From: Picochlorum sp. SENEW3
Taxonomy: Eukaryota
Assembly: GCA_034226945.1 (NCBI GenBank)
Contig: CP120462.1
Coordinates: forward strand, 1 to 64,000
Direction: 5' to 3'
DNA length: 64,000 nt
Part shown: piece by piece, positions 10,701 through 22,843 of the stretch
Position numbering within the stretch: the first letter of the stretch is position 1
Layout of the letters: the number at the start of each line of letters is the position of its first letter
Notes under the pieces: model-generated
The model's database searches: none
The model's input: only the letters and a program-made list of their open reading frames with translations
Told to the model about the DNA's origin: nothing
Translations under genes and position numbers: made by a program

Positions 10701-11515
10701 TGTAGGATCTACAACTACTAAAGAAAAAAAAAAGAAAGGCTTCTCTGTTACACAACAACAACCAAAACGACGACAAAGAACAAACACAAGGTATTCCCAT
10801 GCGTCTCTGTACCAGATCAACAACATTGAATGGAACAACAACACAAAAAGAGCCTGTGACAAAAGAAAAGAGGTGAGCTCACCCTCAATAGATTGGTTGT
10901 TGAATGGGACTCTACTAGTATTTGACACCTTGTCGAATAGTCGAGATTCCAAAGGCTGCCAAGCAACAAGAACAAGAAAAGGAGTTGAGAAGATTGGAAG
11001 AGCAGGCACAGCCTCAAACGGAGGCAAGAAAAAAAAAAAGAAGAAGCCACGCGCCAGGCTCGCAGGACAAATCGATCCATCTGTTCAAAAAAGAAAAACA
11101 GAAGAAAGAGCGGAAAGCACAGAGCGAAAGAGCAACGTTCGACGACAAACAAAGGGGTAGGTTCACCACAAGAGGCCCAGGTTGCATTCCACAACCACAG
11201 GCCTACAACATGCACTGTCCATACTAGGGGCAAATTATCGCCTAGTAAAATCTATATCTAATTCAATGCCCCTAAATATTGCCGTCGCTGCCCCCCAACT
11301 GGGAGGAGGCACAGGACACCTCTCACAGGATGCGTCATCATACCTCGTGATGCGAAATCAGTCAGTGAATTTGGAACAAGCATGCGTTATTGCCACCACT
11401 GTATCTGGGACCTCTTAACGCAAGGTAACGCAACATTCGACGCATCAAAAATTCGACATCGCGACATTAGCTAATGTTCTACTATGTATAGGGTTCTACA
11501 CAATATCCTGCATAT

Positions 11516-13157
11516 CGTCGTCAATTCCACTCGCATCGCAGCAGCTGGGAGTCGCTCCCCAGGAGGGGTAAGAAAAAGAAGAACCATGAATACGATTCAT
11601 GCATTCCTATTAATAAACCAATTTTGATAGTATAACACCAACGAATGGCTACAGAGGGAGAAAACTGTCCCCTCCAACTATTCACGACAAAGCCATGGCA
11701 ACATGGCACGACGTCGAGGAACCTCTTCTTCTCCTGGTGGGTTTTGTGTCTTCTTTATCGTTGATTGTTACTCCACCATCTAAAAATAGTAGTATTGAAT
11801 CAAGCCAAGGAGACGACAGAAGAAAGCAAACCAAGCAGGCGGGTGGCTGTGAGTGTGTTGCACCAAGAGCACGCTAGCTTGTTCAACCCTGTGTCTCTCT
11901 CACTGAATTGTGTCCGCTCCTGTCATCCATTCGACCGGAGACACAATTTCAACAAAACGCTCGTCGTGTTTCCGTCCGTAAACGATAAAAAAAGACGACC
12001 ACAGGGTAAAAGTGGACACATAGAGAGAAGAGCATCCCATCTGTGTAAAGCCAATGAGATAATTCGGTCCATCGGACTCCTGGACGGAGAGAAGAAGCCA
12101 CGTTAGTTGCTCTATTCGTCCGTAAAAAGACACGATAAAAAAAGACGACCACACAACATTGGGACATTGGGGGCACGGGTCACGATTTTTTATTGTGTTC
12201 AATTACAGCACAAAAACACTTGGGTACTCGGGAGTGTGTGTCGATCAGTCTACTAGAGTGTTCAATTACATTGAATATGGGATTATTATACTTGCAAAAA
12301 CGTCCTGCCGACACCGCAACGAATGAAAGTCCCCATTAAAAACACAGGTGGTCGTCGTCAATTCCGTTCGCGTCACATTGGTTGGGACGAGGAGGAAGGG
12401 CCTGCAGAGCTGTCACCCATGGGCAGGAAGGGCCATTAATATGATTTATAGATTCATAATACGTCCATCATACGACCCACGTATGGCCACATTCACAGAG
12501 AAGGGTCCCTAGCCGTTTCACGGGAATGCCTTGGCAATCACAGTGGACAGAGCCACGACGTCCAGGACCTCTCTCTCCTGATGAGTTTGTGCATGAATCG
12601 TTGATTAAAATTGCAATACTGTTGAATCAAGTCAACGAGGCGGCAGAAGAACACAACCAAGCTCAAGCAGACGGGTGGCAGTGAGTGTGTTGCGCCAAGA
12701 GCACGAATGCCACGCTTGCTTGTTGAGAGGAGTATCTGTGGTCGGCTCGATTGCTGGAAGTACACCATGCTATAGGTTCATAGTAATACGGGTAGAAGGA
12801 AGCGTGTTTTTGCCCAGCATTATAGGGAAAGGAGATTTTGATTGAGAGCGGAGGGAAGCCATAGGGTCTCTTTTTTCTTTGAGAGATGTCCGCTCCTGGC
12901 ATCGATTCGACCGGAGACACAATTTCAACAAAACGCTCGTCGTGTTTTCGTCTGTAAAAAGACACAATAAAAAAAGGCGACCAGTGTCCAAAAGTGGACA
13001 GTTTTGCACAAAAAGTGACACCAGCGTGGAGCTTTTTGACACCACCACGGATATGCACAATGGTCCGGTCCATCGAACGGCTGGACCGGAAGAAGAAGAA
13101 GAAAAGTCGCGTTCGTCGCTCTCGTTCGTAAGAAGACACGATAAAAAGGAGCAAACC
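11516..13157. repeat. Diverged tandem duplication (~11516-12150 vs ~12350-13157)
   Basis: Shared order: conserved block, acgacgtc.agga, gggtggc.gtgagtgtgttgc.ccaagagcacg, ttcgaccggagacacaatttcaacaaaacgctcgtcgtgttt, then two reverse 34-bp motifs. Confidence 0.85.
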
Positions 13158-13224
13158 ACTTGATTTGCAGTGTAGTTACCACGTCCATGTAATACAGAAT
13201 ACAGTAAATCGTATATGAAATTGG

Positions 13225-14449
13225 ATGATAGGAATCACGGATGAAAGGGTACCGTACCAGCCATTCCTGAGTCGTCAATTTTTGGCGTGCCAGGCGGAAG
13301 GGCTGGGTGTCGTCCCTTTTCCTCCGCCTGGCCAGGAAGACTCGGAAGGAAGAACATCTCAGCACAATATACTATGTTTGGGAGGTTGGAACGAGGAAGC
13401 AAAGGTACGTCTGGTGACCTGCTGTCAACGTTGCCGGGAGACCCCCCAAATTCTCTCACCGACTAATTTGGGTTTGTTGCTTGTTCACACTTCAGGAGTA
13501 TCAACTTAGTTTGTGCAATCTATGTGTCGAGAAAAAGTATGGTGATATTATCGCACCACCAGACGTCTCTGTGTTGGCGAGTTTCCAGACTCCTGGGTGT
13601 TGCTCGACTGTGGACGTTGCCAGGAGCAACCAGTCTTTTCAGGGGTCGAGCGACGTGATTGTGGCCGGATCAAAACATGGTCACCTCCATCGGCTGAGAG
13701 TAACTGTTCCAAATGTGCCGGGATCGTGTCCGTCGGCGATACGCCTTCGGGAAGGGGACTTTGATGACACAGTCTTGACGAGTTTTGCGAGGCCACACCG
13801 AGGACCGTGCACGTCAGTCTCCGTGCAGGATGGGGCCAGCATAGTTGCGAGCGTCTCGTTGGACGGAACTCTAGCACTTTCTGATCTGGAAGGCTCGTCG
13901 TCAGGCAGCAAGGTGCACGATGACGCGGGAGGAGCAGTGTCCTATACCTCGTGCTCATGGACCAAGATGGCTGATTCATTGGTGACGACCAACCACCAAG
14001 GACGGGTGACGCTCTGGGATTTTCGGGACCGAGTATCCTCAATGTGTATGGGATATGACAACTATATAGCCGAGCATCACGAACCTTTGCTGTCCCTCGC
14101 GAGCAACCCAGCCAAATCGCATGTCTGTGTTACTGGCTCGAGTGCGGGAGAATTTTCTGAATGGGATTTCAGGTACCCGAAGGAGCCAACTTTCACCGAA
14201 CGCGTGCGAGGAGCCATAAATGCTATTAGATATGAGTGCGAAGGATCTACTGTAGAGCGTCTCCGCTTTTGCACAGATTCTGGGGGAATATATAAAGTGG
14301 CTGGCGGGGAGGCTCACCTGTTGTATGAGGAGCCCCATGGTGTGTTTGAAAACATGTGCGTCTCTTCGACGGGAACGGATTCCCAAATTTTCTGCTCTTC
14401 CAATCAAGAGGGGATTATTTTTATTTCGAATTTGGTTAAATACTTTTGA
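13225..14449 (+). CDS. WD40-repeat protein, nucleoporin Nup43-like (intron ~13405-13495)
   Basis: WD repeats (VTLWDFR, FSEWDFR, HVCVTGSSAG). Exon 1 ends LGGWNEEAK|gtacgt and the acceptor is ttcag|GAG. Confidence 0.7.
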
Positions 14450-14461
14450 AAATTTCTTTTC

Positions 14462-17400
14462 TCATTTCTTCAAGGCAGCATAGTATAACTGAATGTAATC
14501 TATGGCAGGCTTGTTCCAGCTCCAATCCTGGGCCATCACCCTTTGCTGCAGGCTTCTGAACCATGCTCGATCATTGTAATACGCGTCGAAAGCTCTATTC
14601 AATGCATAATCCATTGCACCCTCGTCGGTGCCCTCAAAGGAGAAACCATTTGTTGCATCTACCTTGTCACCTTCCCAATCCGTGGAACCTTCCAGCTCCC
14701 ACGCAGCTCTTGCCTTGTCAGTATCCACGTCGAATACAGTGTCCTTGAGTCCACCAGTTGCACGCACCACGGGCACTGCCCCGTACCTCATGGCAATCAT
14801 CTGTGTCAGACCGCACGGTTCAAACATGGATGGTACCAAAATCATGTCGCAGGCTGCATAGATCAAGTGACTCAGAGGCTCATCAAAGGCAAAGCAGAAC
14901 GCTGCATTTTCTCCAGCATGTATTTGAGCGAGACCATCGAATTCAGCCTGGACTTTTGGATCAGGAGCAGACCCCAGGAGAACAAACTGGCCTCCCCGGT
15001 CCAAGGTCCTCCAGCATGAATGCGCTATCAGGTGTGTTCCCTTTTGCTTGGTCAGCCGTGTCACTACTCCTACCAGGAGCTTGTCACCCCACCCAGAAAG
15101 TCCCAAGCGCTGCCTGAGAGCTTCTCTTGCTGCTGCTTTCCCTGCATCGCAGGAGGCTGCTGTGTAGCTCACGGGCAAAAACTGATCAGTTTCTGGATTC
15201 CAGATGTCGACATCGATACCGTTTCTGATGCCAGTTAGCTTTGCATTATTTGCAGCAATGGCTGGATTGCCACCGATTTCCCAGGCATACGATGGCGACA
15301 CTGTCGTGAACCTTTGAGAGTAGTACGCAGCCTCGCCAATCAGGTCGGCTCCATAGTTCAAATTGTGAATGGTGAACACGACGCTCGACTTCCACAAACC
15401 TTGGTCATGGTAATGGGTCCAATAGGACCTCGCAACCGTCGCTGTAGACCAATCATGACAATGAATAATGTCTGGCTGCCTCTGTGTGCGCAGGAGGAAC
15501 TCCAATGCTGCATTGGAGAAGAACTCGAACCTACCAGCATCCTCGTTCCCCCTGTAGACGGTATCCCCCGAGAACATACCATTTGCGGGCTCAATGAACC
15601 AGCACCTGATGCCTTCCACGATGCAAGTGCTGACAAAGATTCTGGTTCCTCCCCATTCAAATTCGGTCTCGTATTGTGTGGCCCCGAGGAGGGGACTCTG
15701 CTGGAAAAAGTCGTACCGAGGCAAAATTACCTCTACGTTATGGCCAAGATCCATGACAGCACGCCCAAGCGCGGTGACAACATCCCCCATCCCTCCAACC
15801 TTGGCAATCGGTGCCATCTCAACGGCAATATGCACGGCATACAATGATGGCTCCTCCACCACAGATCCTTGCACAGCGACATTGTAATCGAGGCCACCTC
15901 TATTGTCATAAAGCCCATCAGAGTTGGAGAAGACAAAGTCCAAAGCATAGGCGTCTTTGGGAATGTGAATGGCTGCTTCATAATGGTCCCCCGAGGTGGG
16001 CTCCATCTGTACTGGCCCAACCGCCTTGGGGTGCCTCCACCTGTTGAATCCCAGAGTGAGATGGATATCAGTGCTCCCATTTAGAGTCGTGTTGTTAGGA
16101 TTATAATAGATTTTGACATCCTTACCGGCCACAGGAATCTCTGGGTCGGTGAACAACACATGTTTGAGTTGGAGCCTTCGTACTTGTTCAGCTTTGTCCT
16201 GCACACACACGGAAAACACAAGTTCATACGAAGAAAAATGCATTGAATGCATCATGAACCATGAATATACGCACCCGAACTGCCTGTCTCGCTTTGGCTC
16301 TCTCCTCCTCCAACCTCCTCGCTGCCTCCTCTTCCGCATGACGTGCTGCCGTGATCTCCTTCGTTAGAGGCTGCACAATGGAGTCAGCCCATGATTCCAC
16401 ATCTGTGCCTCTGTCAATCACGATACAGTAGTCCTCTTCATTATTGTTGTCAAATATATCATTGCAGAAGAACACCATATTCAGGACGACTGCATCCACT
16501 GGAACCTGGATGGTGGTCTCCCACCATTCTGTATCATCAGAAGCAGCAGATTTCTTCACTTTAGCAGGCTTCAAGGAGAAGTCGGCCGGACTTTGCCATG
16601 CGTTGTGACCCACTCGTACCATGGGCATGGAATCAGAGGTATCGACGTCGACGAGATTCGTCGCTGCCCTGTTGTACAGAATCTTCAACTGCACAGACCC
16701 ACTGACAGTCTTCTGCTCCACTGTCACCATCTGTTGACCGCCATCTCCATCTACTGATGTCACAGCGCCCGCAGTCAGAGAGTCATATTGTGATTTGATA
16801 TCTTCAACGATCTCACGTGCCTTGTGAGCATCACTTTCCAACGCCCTTATCTCTGCCTCCTTGGCTGCCACCTCGGCCGCAATCCGTTCTTCTTCTTTCT
16901 TCCTCAGGTATTCTGCCTCTGCCCGCTCTGGTGCAGTGTCTATCCATTTCTGCTCCGTCATATCTCCCATCACTGGCAAGCGATAGTTATTTGTCTCATT
17001 ATTATCATACATGTCCTCCTTATCGCTGAAAATAAAATTGAGTTCATAGGCATCATGCGGGACATCAAACTCTGCCCTGACCAAATCCATCCCCGGTCCT
17101 TGCACGCCAGCTGCGACCATGTCGATTCTGTCAGAATCTCCCATATTTAACTCCCAATTGTTGAATTTCGCGTGTAGTTGGATATGGGGCCTGTGCTGCA
17201 ACACTTGAGACTGTGCTTTGTTGTAGTACAATACTGCCTTTGCCCCAGCAGTCAGATCCGTTGGCACCGTCACAAAAAGCCAATCTTCTTTCCCCTCAAG
17301 TACGGTTGCGGGATCGTGAGTGGCTACTTCTGCATTAGCTCGATCAATCTTTACTGTATTACTGTTCACTTGCTTTGTTTCTGCTGCACCTGAGGCCGTT

Positions 17401-18085
17401 TTCAGGGGCATTGCACCACTTCGTGGCAACCCGTCTCCTTTATTCGACGCTGATGAAGACATACTAGAAGCCACAGCGTTATTCGAGACGGATATACTCT
17501 GAAACCTGAACAAGATTGCATCATCTTCCTCCACCTCCACCTTGACACCAGCATCAGCAGGAATTCCTGGAAAATCATTACTGGCGCCTTTCTCTTCCGT
17601 AACTATATCATCTTTATCGAGTATAGAGGGGATGTATTCGCCAACACGCTGCCCGATCGTCACAAGGGCCTCGTGCTTTTCAAGAAAGGTTGTCAACTGC
17701 TCTTGCTTCTCTGGCTCATTGGTCACTATCGCCCTCAACCGCTCTCGAAGAATGCTATTCTCCTCTCTCAGTGTACTGCATTGTTCATCGTTCTCCCCTG
17801 TTGTCGCTGGTCGCGCGACGGAGCGAATAAGACGCCTCCTCGGCTGTGCACCAGCAAGACTGCTGTGGGACCCTGTCTTGGATATATGGCGATCTGCAGA
17901 AAACGCGATCGATCAGTGACTATTTTTCAAATATACGAGTCAAATGTACTCCATCCGACCAAAGAAACCCTTTTTCAAGTCGAGGGCAACTACGTACTTG
18001 TGACATGGCAAAATCGTATCCTGGTCGACGATAGACTAGGGCTGCAGCGCATTCTGCTGTCTCCTATTCGTCCAATGCCGCGCAT
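14462..18085 (-). CDS. SS3: Soluble starch synthase III (CBM53 repeats + GT5), 3 exons
   Basis: AVEMAPIAKVGGMGDV, HCHDW and PSMFEPCGLTQMIAMRYG motifs, with three starch-binding modules (YDNN, FDNN, YDNRGG). Introns at ~16198-16273 and ~17894-17997. Confidence 0.93.
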
Positions 18086-18364
18086 TCCAAAAATTATGTG
18101 ATGAATATTCTATACTAATTTCTTTCTGGGCGGCAGGTGGGGTAGGGGACATCTAAGCATCATTCTGGCTCTTGTTCCAGTACTGTAGTTGATCAGCGCT
18201 TACGGATCATCATGATGATCCTTGCAGTTAACAATCAACGTTGATGGCCATGGCCAATCTGTATCATGAGAGTCAACATTGAATTTACAAACGAAACAAA
18301 CTGCTGCAAATACATCAAACATGAAAAAGTACAAATTGAATTGAAAACTAGTGTACATGTAGAT

Positions 18365-19507
18365 CTAGAGAACCGATTTCTGTTTGACCAGCAAGGTGCC
18401 CTCTGACGTGCCCACACACAGTGCATCAGAACTCACAGCAAGAGACCGTATGGGCTGCTCACACGAGCACACCACGTCCATTTCGACCAATAAATTAGAT
18501 TCCCAAGCTCTGACAGCACCATCTCCTCCGCCCGTGTACAGAATGCCATCACAACAGCCCATGCTGTTCACGCGCTGGCCTCCATGTGCATTCGAGCACA
18601 GATCTACGATTTCCAAGTCCTCCAGATCCCAAGATTTAATACTTCCATCGTACGAAGAACTAAACAAGAGACCTTTGTGCACTTTGAGATCGGTCACCCG
18701 CCCGTTGTGAGCCTTCACTCTCGAGGCAGAGGGTGCCAGGCCACCCAATTTGTCAATGTCATACCCGTAGAGGCCACCGTCAACGGTGGCCGCAAACAGT
18801 TTATCTTTGGTGCATGCAAGACTCAATATATCTCCCTTCTCAAGATATTGCGTCGAGACCAAGGAGGGAACGGCACGGACATTGTCAAACTGCTTGATTT
18901 CATTGCATGCTGCACTAAAAAGCCAGCGGTCATTGGTCACCAACGATCGCACCCATCCACAATGATTTTCAATGACCGAATACGCGTCGTTATCGAGATC
19001 GCTTCTCGAGGGCGCCCACGACAGAATGTTTTTGGCATGGGTTCCCATGAGGATGCTGTCAAACCCGTCCTCATCTTCCACATGGAGAGAAAAGCATGGT
19101 CCCCCAGACAGCACAATCCTTTTCTCGATCTCAAGATGTCCTTCCTCACCAACGCTCCAAATGGCCACCGTCTTATCCATTCCCGCGCTGAGTACCTTTG
19201 TCCTTCCTTGGTCGCTAATCAACTTCATGGCAGTGACTGCACCGCTGTGGGCCTGCTGTATGGCCCAACAAGAGCCATCGCGTCTCCCGACCCAATCACC
19301 TGAATCCAATACCATATCTTCCACCCCACAAGGGAGGAAACAGTCGTCCAAGCTCATTTGGGATCCTTGGGATGCGGTAGCGCTGCCCGCTCTCACACTG
19401 CAGCGGTGGTTCGCACGAAGAGGGGCCCTCGGAGCCACACAAGGCTTCACGCCTGCGTTGCGTCCTACCAATCCCACCCGCACCAATTTAATACGAGAAG
19501 CACGCAT
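18365..19507 (-). CDS. WD40-repeat protein with transit-peptide-like N-terminus
   Basis: AHSGAVT..SAGMDKTVAIW, AHNGRVT..SSSYDGSIKSWD and TGGGDGAVRAWE. Confidence 0.85.
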   Translation of the reverse strand: MRASRIKLVRVGLVGRNAGVKPCVAPRAPLRANHRCSVRAGSATASQGSQMSLDDCFLPCGVEDMVLDSGDWVGRRDGSCWAIQQAHSGAVTAMKLISDQGRTKVLSAGMDKTVAIWSVGEEGHLEIEKRIVLSGGPCFSLHVEDEDGFDSILMGTHAKNILSWAPSRSDLDNDAYSVIENHCGWVRSLVTNDRWLFSAACNEIKQFDNVRAVPSLVSTQYLEKGDILSLACTKDKLFAATVDGGLYGYDIDKLGGLAPSASRVKAHNGRVTDLKVHKGLLFSSSYDGSIKSWDLEDLEIVDLCSNAHGGQRVNSMGCCDGILYTGGGDGAVRAWESNLLVEMDVVCSCEQPIRSLAVSSDALCVGTSEGTLLVKQKSVL

Positions 19508-19906
19508 TCAGAAATAACAGTTCCTCTTTATAGTAGTTCTTTGGTTGCCTTGCACAGAATCGATTTGTGTGCCCTGTTGTCCAATGCCTCGTTCGCGGGC
19601 ATATCCAGGTTTCTCAAATGTGGTGGGTGACACCGTCACAAAAAATTCTGAATGTCATTCAGCCTGTTTGGTTTGTTTCGTGGCGGGTTCACTGTGTGGA
19701 GTAGACGCAGTACCTTGCCAAGGTACTGCATCAAGTTGCGATGGCCAAGCCAAACTGCAGAGATGGACGGACATAGAGGCAGAGCATTTGCATTGGGACC
19801 TTTGCATCGAAACATCAACGGATAGTCGTATCAGGGCATATCCGTCTGCAGGTATCCAGTCTAAGCAAAAGGGGGTCTCTCCCTTTTGGAACGTTTGAAT
19901 TGGACA

Positions 19907-20316
19907 ATGTCGTCTTCAGGGCTTGCGCCATTCGTGGATAGTACGTATACTTGATGCAATTGATTTTGTGTACAAAATAAATGGAAAGACATGAGTGAAT
20001 TGTTGGCAGCGGCCAGTGCTCGGCTGACCACGTGGCATTTTGTTCCTGCTGTGCAGCTCCAGTGTCCATCATCACGAATGATGGAAGGCATATTGTTGGG
20101 ATACTACGGGGGTACGACCAGGCGACAAATCTTATTGTAGATGAGAGTTTTGAACGAATTTATAGGGAAGATGCGGGGACCGAGACCATTGTCCTGGGCT
20201 TGTACGTGGTGAGGGGGGACAGCATTGCAGTTATTGGAGAGTTAGATGAAGAAGCTGACGCGGCCATAGATTTCAGCAAGATAAGGGCTCCACCCTTAAA
20301 AGATGTGGCTCATTAA
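19907..20316 (+). CDS. LSM8: U6 snRNA-associated Sm-like protein LSm8 (intron 19941-20057)
   Basis: Spliced product reads MSSSGLAPFVD|TPVSIITNDGRHIVGILRGYDQATNLI...LGLYVVRGDSIAVIGELDEE. Confidence 0.92.
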
Positions 20317-20328
20317 ATAAATAAAACA

Positions 20329-21522
20329 TTAGCAAATGTTCAGGCGAGGTTGATTGGTCAATGACGACGTCACGGCTGAGGACTTTAAGGAATTTTTGTT
20401 GTCTCCACAGCCCAAGGAATTGTTCTTCGTCTGTGGATCCACAAATATGCAAAAACTGTCTTCAGAAATATCATAGCAAGTATTGTTTAGAAATAAATTA
20501 GACGAGCCATACGTCGGGGCCCTTTTCAGAACTCTGATGCCAGCTCCCTTGACTGCAAGTGAAAATCCTGTATTATTGGCAACGAGCCACTCCTTTCCTT
20601 TCAGGGCGACCCACGAAGTGGATGCATGGATACCCTTTAAGCCTGCACCATTGAATGTGTTGTTCACAATTCTTCCTCCTACGGTAAACTCTTTCACATC
20701 AATGTTCTCTGAGGGAACCATGGGCCCAAATGAATTGTGCGCAATTGTGTTATAATCGGTCTGATCACTCGGATTCCCGCAGTCTACAGTCCTCCCGGAG
20801 GCAGTGCCTACGTAGATGCCCTCTCCATTTCCAGGATAGCCCTTTCCAGTGTGCATGATTTTCGAAAAGGCCACTGTATTGTGTGACGAATTGTATCGAA
20901 TCCTCATGCCCTCATGCCAGGTGTTGGTGCTTGTGATATACAAAATCTCTGAGTGGACTGTATCCTGCACATCAACAGCGCGAAGCACATTCTTGATACT
21001 GAACCCCGCAAATCTCACGTAGGAACTCTGTGCCACTTCAAGCCCAGCTCCAGTGTTGAGATTGGGCGTGCCGTCAATAACCGTATCGTGAGGGGATCCA
21101 CAGAAGGTTATCATTTTTTCTGGAGTCCCATGGAGCTTGAATGCGGTAGCACTCTTCAATCTTCTCGGCCACTCGCCACAGAGCCCCTCTCCGTCGGTCT
21201 TCTCCCTTGTACTGTAAAATGGCTTGTGGATACCAGGCATCAGCTCAATCATGTCTCCAGGGACGGCTTTCTTACCGAATTTCCGCATCTGAGAGAAATC
21301 GTGTGCTCTAAAGTATCTCTCATACGAAAACTGTCGACACGCGGGTGAGAAGGGCGTGAGTGACTGTCGAAGGGCAAGTGGTTTCCAGCCCACCGCTCTC
21401 ACAGTCTTACTCCAGTGTCGAAAGTCTTCGAGGTGCGTTGGATGCTGTAACGCAACCCAGAAGAAGAGCGAAAACAGGAGTACAGAAAAGACAGCGCCAA
21501 CAAAGGCCAAGGCGGAAGCCAT
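20329..21522 (-). CDS. Right-handed parallel beta-helix (pectin-lyase fold) protein with N-terminal membrane anchor
   Basis: Intronless ORF (open to 21606) with a hydrophobic N-terminus. Motifs GEGIYVGTA, DYNTIAHNSFGP, ENIDVKE..GGRIVNNTFNG and SWVALKG. Confidence 0.75.
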   Translation of the reverse strand: MASALAFVGAVFSVLLFSLFFWVALQHPTHLEDFRHWSKTVRAVGWKPLALRQSLTPFSPACRQFSYERYFRAHDFSQMRKFGKKAVPGDMIELMPGIHKPFYSTREKTDGEGLCGEWPRRLKSATAFKLHGTPEKMITFCGSPHDTVIDGTPNLNTGAGLEVAQSSYVRFAGFSIKNVLRAVDVQDTVHSEILYITSTNTWHEGMRIRYNSSHNTVAFSKIMHTGKGYPGNGEGIYVGTASGRTVDCGNPSDQTDYNTIAHNSFGPMVPSENIDVKEFTVGGRIVNNTFNGAGLKGIHASTSWVALKGKEWLVANNTGFSLAVKGAGIRVLKRAPTYGSSNLFLNNTCYDISEDSFCIFVDPQTKNNSLGCGDNKNSLKSSAVTSSLTNQPRLNIC

Positions 21523-21602
21523 GTCAGTCAACTTCAGCTGTTGCGCATATCCCTTGTGTTTAGAAAAATAAAATATTATACAAATAAAATTATCATAAAA
21601 TT

Positions 21603-22843
21603 TCAAGACACGGGGAGGCTCTTATCCTCTGATTCTCTCATGCTATCATTCTTGCTCCCATCAGTTTGTCTTGGTCCAGAACACACTGCATTTGGGACTG
21701 AGCGTGATCTCTCCAAAGAATTACGAGACGAGGATTCGGATTCTATGGTTTCATCCAATTCCATCGGGTCCTCCTTGACGTCCAGGACCATATCCTCCTC
21801 AGCTTTCACCTCTGCTTCTGTCTGTGCCTGGTCGTACAGCCCACTGTGAATCACATCAAAAGAAGCTTTTGCCCAGCAGGTGACTGCAAGCTTAACATCA
21901 AAAGTATCTGGAAACTCTAACTCAAACCGCAATGAGCTAGGGCCTTGGTATGGGGCTGGCACAGGATGGCCGTCTCGGTTCCATTTTATTTCCTGTGCAT
22001 CCCTAGGGTAAATCAAAACTATCTGGACCAAACCACGGCGTGCTACCAAATCGACCATAGTCCCTCGAACAACTGGGACTTTCACGGGGAGGTGGGATCC
22101 AGCTGTGATTTGGGAACAGAATCCAGTGCACCGCTGCTCCCTCCTCGACTTTACTGCATCAGTCTTGTGCAGTGAATTTTGGTTTGCTTCCAAATCAACC
22201 GGAATCACTCCAAACTCAACAGCGGTGTTGCCAGTCACACGTAACCTCCACCTCAGAATTGATTGGTCACAGGTACTCATATTTGAGAGCAACAATTTTG
22301 GTCCCATATCCAGCAAGCGTACTGTGGGGCACTTGCTCTGACCATCCTTTGCATCTTGGATGCTGAATCCGGAAGACTCGCACCATCTCGAGTCAAAACC
22401 ACACCCAGCATTTTCCTCTAGAAATAGCCTCTCTCTCCAAGTGGAATGCCTGCAGGCATTGGGAGAAAAGACGAGTTAGAAAAGAAGACGAAGACAACAC
22501 GTCAGAACAACACGGAATCTCGCGTTCCGCTCATTTGCACCATGTTGATTCTCTTTATACTTAATATTATGAGACGTAAAATCGATATCATGATCTGACA
22601 TCCCCAGTGCACAACGTACTTGAAGCGACTTGCTGATTCAAGGTCGCCCTCGTGCAGGGCCAACACCCGCTCTCTGGCCACGTGCTCTGTTAACTTAAGA
22701 CCACTCACTGGCATATATAAATTGAAATAACTATGTGTTTGTGATAGCGCATTCAGGGATTTTCCGTCCAGACACTGCAAGACTGTGAGTAGGGCGGTGT
22801 CGGGCAACTGGAGCAAATCTACCGCTGTCGCGTTACTGCTCAT
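21603..22843 (-). CDS. F-box-like protein of unknown function (intron ~22450-22619)
   Basis: N-terminal LLQLPDTALLTVLQCLDGKSLNALSQT is F-box-like. GT-AG sites join the 22502-22843 and 21603-22316 frames. Confidence 0.65.

Larger units (their letters stand above)
1728..13157. repeat. Dispersed ~34-bp motif, consensus approx. GGTCGTCCTTTTTTATTGTSTTYRTTTACGGACG, 13 copies
   Basis: Forward copies start at 1728, 1805, 5585, 5652, 8330, 9405, 9967 and 12178. Reverse copies lie at 9287-9320, 11973-12000, 12117-12150, 12949-12982 and 13123-13157. Confidence 0.85.

Noticed and set aside
32..13200. Many short ORFs in the repeat region (poly-C, poly-V, poly-N; repeated 102-aa ORFs)
   Set aside because: They are by-products of microsatellites, strand skew and the 160-bp period. 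No recognisable domains, and frames are not conserved between copies.
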